Of a DNA stretch of 40,000 nt, positions 39,091-40,000 are shown piece after piece. The position numbers were made by a program, and so were the translations under genes. Each line of letters starts with the position of its first letter. The stretch's first letter is position 1. The stretch lies in the NCBI GenBank assembly GCA_963778845.1, contig CAVZVW010000009.1:1702206-1742205 (forward strand), read 5' to 3'. A model generated the notes under the pieces. It was not told the origin of the DNA. It saw only the letters and a list, made by a program, of their open reading frames with translations, and searched no databases. This stretch comes from an uncultured Actinomycetota bacterium. Its GTDB lineage: Bacteria > Actinomycetota > Actinomycetes > Actinomycetales > Kineosporiaceae.

Positions 39091-40000
39091 TCAGCGGCAG
39101 CCGCAGCCGGCCAGCGCGGCCGCCACCCGGTCCAGCGCGGCACGACCGCCCGCGGTGGTCGGCACACGGTCGGCGAGCACGGCGAAGACGAGCAGCCGCC
39201 CGTCGGCGTCCACGACCGTCCCGGCCAGGCTGGTGACGCCGCGCAGCGTCCCTGTCTTGGCGCGGACGACGCCCGCCCCGGCCAGGTCAGGGCCCCGCGT
39301 GAACCGGGATGCCAGCGTGCCCGACACACCCGCCACCGGGAGCCCCGAGAGCACCGGCCTCAGCTCGGGGTGGGAGGGCTGCGCGGCCGCTGCGAGCACG
39401 CCGACGAGCACGCTGACCGGGACGGCAGCGTTGCGGGCCAGGCCGCTGCCACCGACCAGGTGCGCGTTGGTCACGGAAACACCCAGAAGGGAGGCCCGGT
39501 CCAGCACGGCCACGCCGGCGTCGACGAAGGTCGCCGGCCGACCGCTGGCACGGGCGACCAGCCGGGCCAGGGCCTCGGCGACGGTGTTGTCGCTTTCGGT
39601 CAGTGCGAACTCCACCAGGTCACCGACCGATGCGGAGTCCACCTGGGCGAGGGTGCCGGCCTGGGCGAGGGCGTGCGTGCGTGCGATGGCGGCGGCCACA
39701 TGGACACCGTGGCGGGCCAGCAACCCCGCGAACGTGGCTGCCGCCGCCATGGCAGGGTCGCCGCTGCGGCGCGCGTCACCGGGCCGAACGCGGCCCTCGT
39801 CCACCTCCAGTGCCATGATCGGGGCCACCGCCCCGGAGGCGACGTCGGCCGGGCCCCAGGCGGACGACACGGCCGGGCCGACGAACAAGGAGTCGTCCAG
39901 CCGGACCGCGACCGTCGTGCGCCCCTGGTCGAGCAGCGCGTCGGCGGTCGCCGCGGCCAGGTCGTCCAGGCCGGCGCGCCCCCGAGTCTGCAGCGGGTCG
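39091..40000 (-). CDS. dacB: D-alanyl-D-alanine carboxypeptidase/endopeptidase (PBP4 family). The N-terminus lies beyond the window end.
   Basis: The frame stays open to base 40000 (...VRLDDSLFVGPAVSSAWGP...). C-terminal KTGTL motif (VVRAKTGTLRGVTSLAGTV). Confidence 0.8.
   Translation of the reverse strand, partial: DPLQTRGRAGLDDLAAATADALLDQGRTTVAVRLDDSLFVGPAVSSAWGPADVASGAVAPIMALEVDEGRVRPGDARRSGDPAMAAAATFAGLLARHGVHVAAAIARTHALAQAGTLAQVDSASVGDLVEFALTESDNTVAEALARLVARASGRPATFVDAGVAVLDRASLLGVSVTNAHLVGGSGLARNAAVPVSVLVGVLAAAAQPSHPELRPVLSGLPVAGVSGTLASRFTRGPDLAGAGVVRAKTGTLRGVTSLAGTVVDADGRLLVFAVLADRVPTTAGGRAALDRVAAALAGCGCR

Overview
High-GC actinobacterial chromosome. The backbone matches the conserved block known from Mycobacterium tuberculosis Rv3596c-Rv3627c, nearly all on the minus strand: clpC1, lsr2, lysS, panC, DUF2520, PH-domain pair, DUF3180, folK, folB, folP, folE, ftsH, hpt, tilS, Zn-metalloprotease, dacB. 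Accessory material interrupts this backbone in three places. (1) About 13 kb lies between clpC1 and lsr2. It carries pobA-pcaHGBD (4-hydroxybenzoate/protocatechuate catabolism), a translationally coupled redox operon (small Ser/Thr-rich secreted peptide, ApbE, ferric-reductase-like membrane protein, NuoF-like protein, ferredoxin), a divergent OmpR-type two-component system, and a 4-coumarate-CoA-ligase-like gene. (2) An orphan NuoD-like gene and a hypothetical membrane protein sit between the PH-domain pair and DUF3180/folK. (3) About 3.1 kb splits folE from folP. It holds a SulP/STAS transporter and a 1.27-kb gene-free, lower-GC gap. The most unusual signal is in that gap: on the plus strand there is a dense run of perfect hairpins capped by GNRA and UUCG tetraloops, ending in a strong terminator-like stem. 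I read this as a candidate large structured RNA and could not match it to any class from memory. Other points: an apparent 1-nt frameshift in clpC1, two unrelated 15-bp tandem repeats, 11-bp-phased CTGTG repeats in the promoter shared by the two-component system and the redox operon, no canonical start codon at the expected folE position, and two likely leaderless promoters. I found no tRNA, rRNA, CRISPR array, transposase or integrase. All calls rest on reading the sequence and ORF translations by eye; no database search was run.
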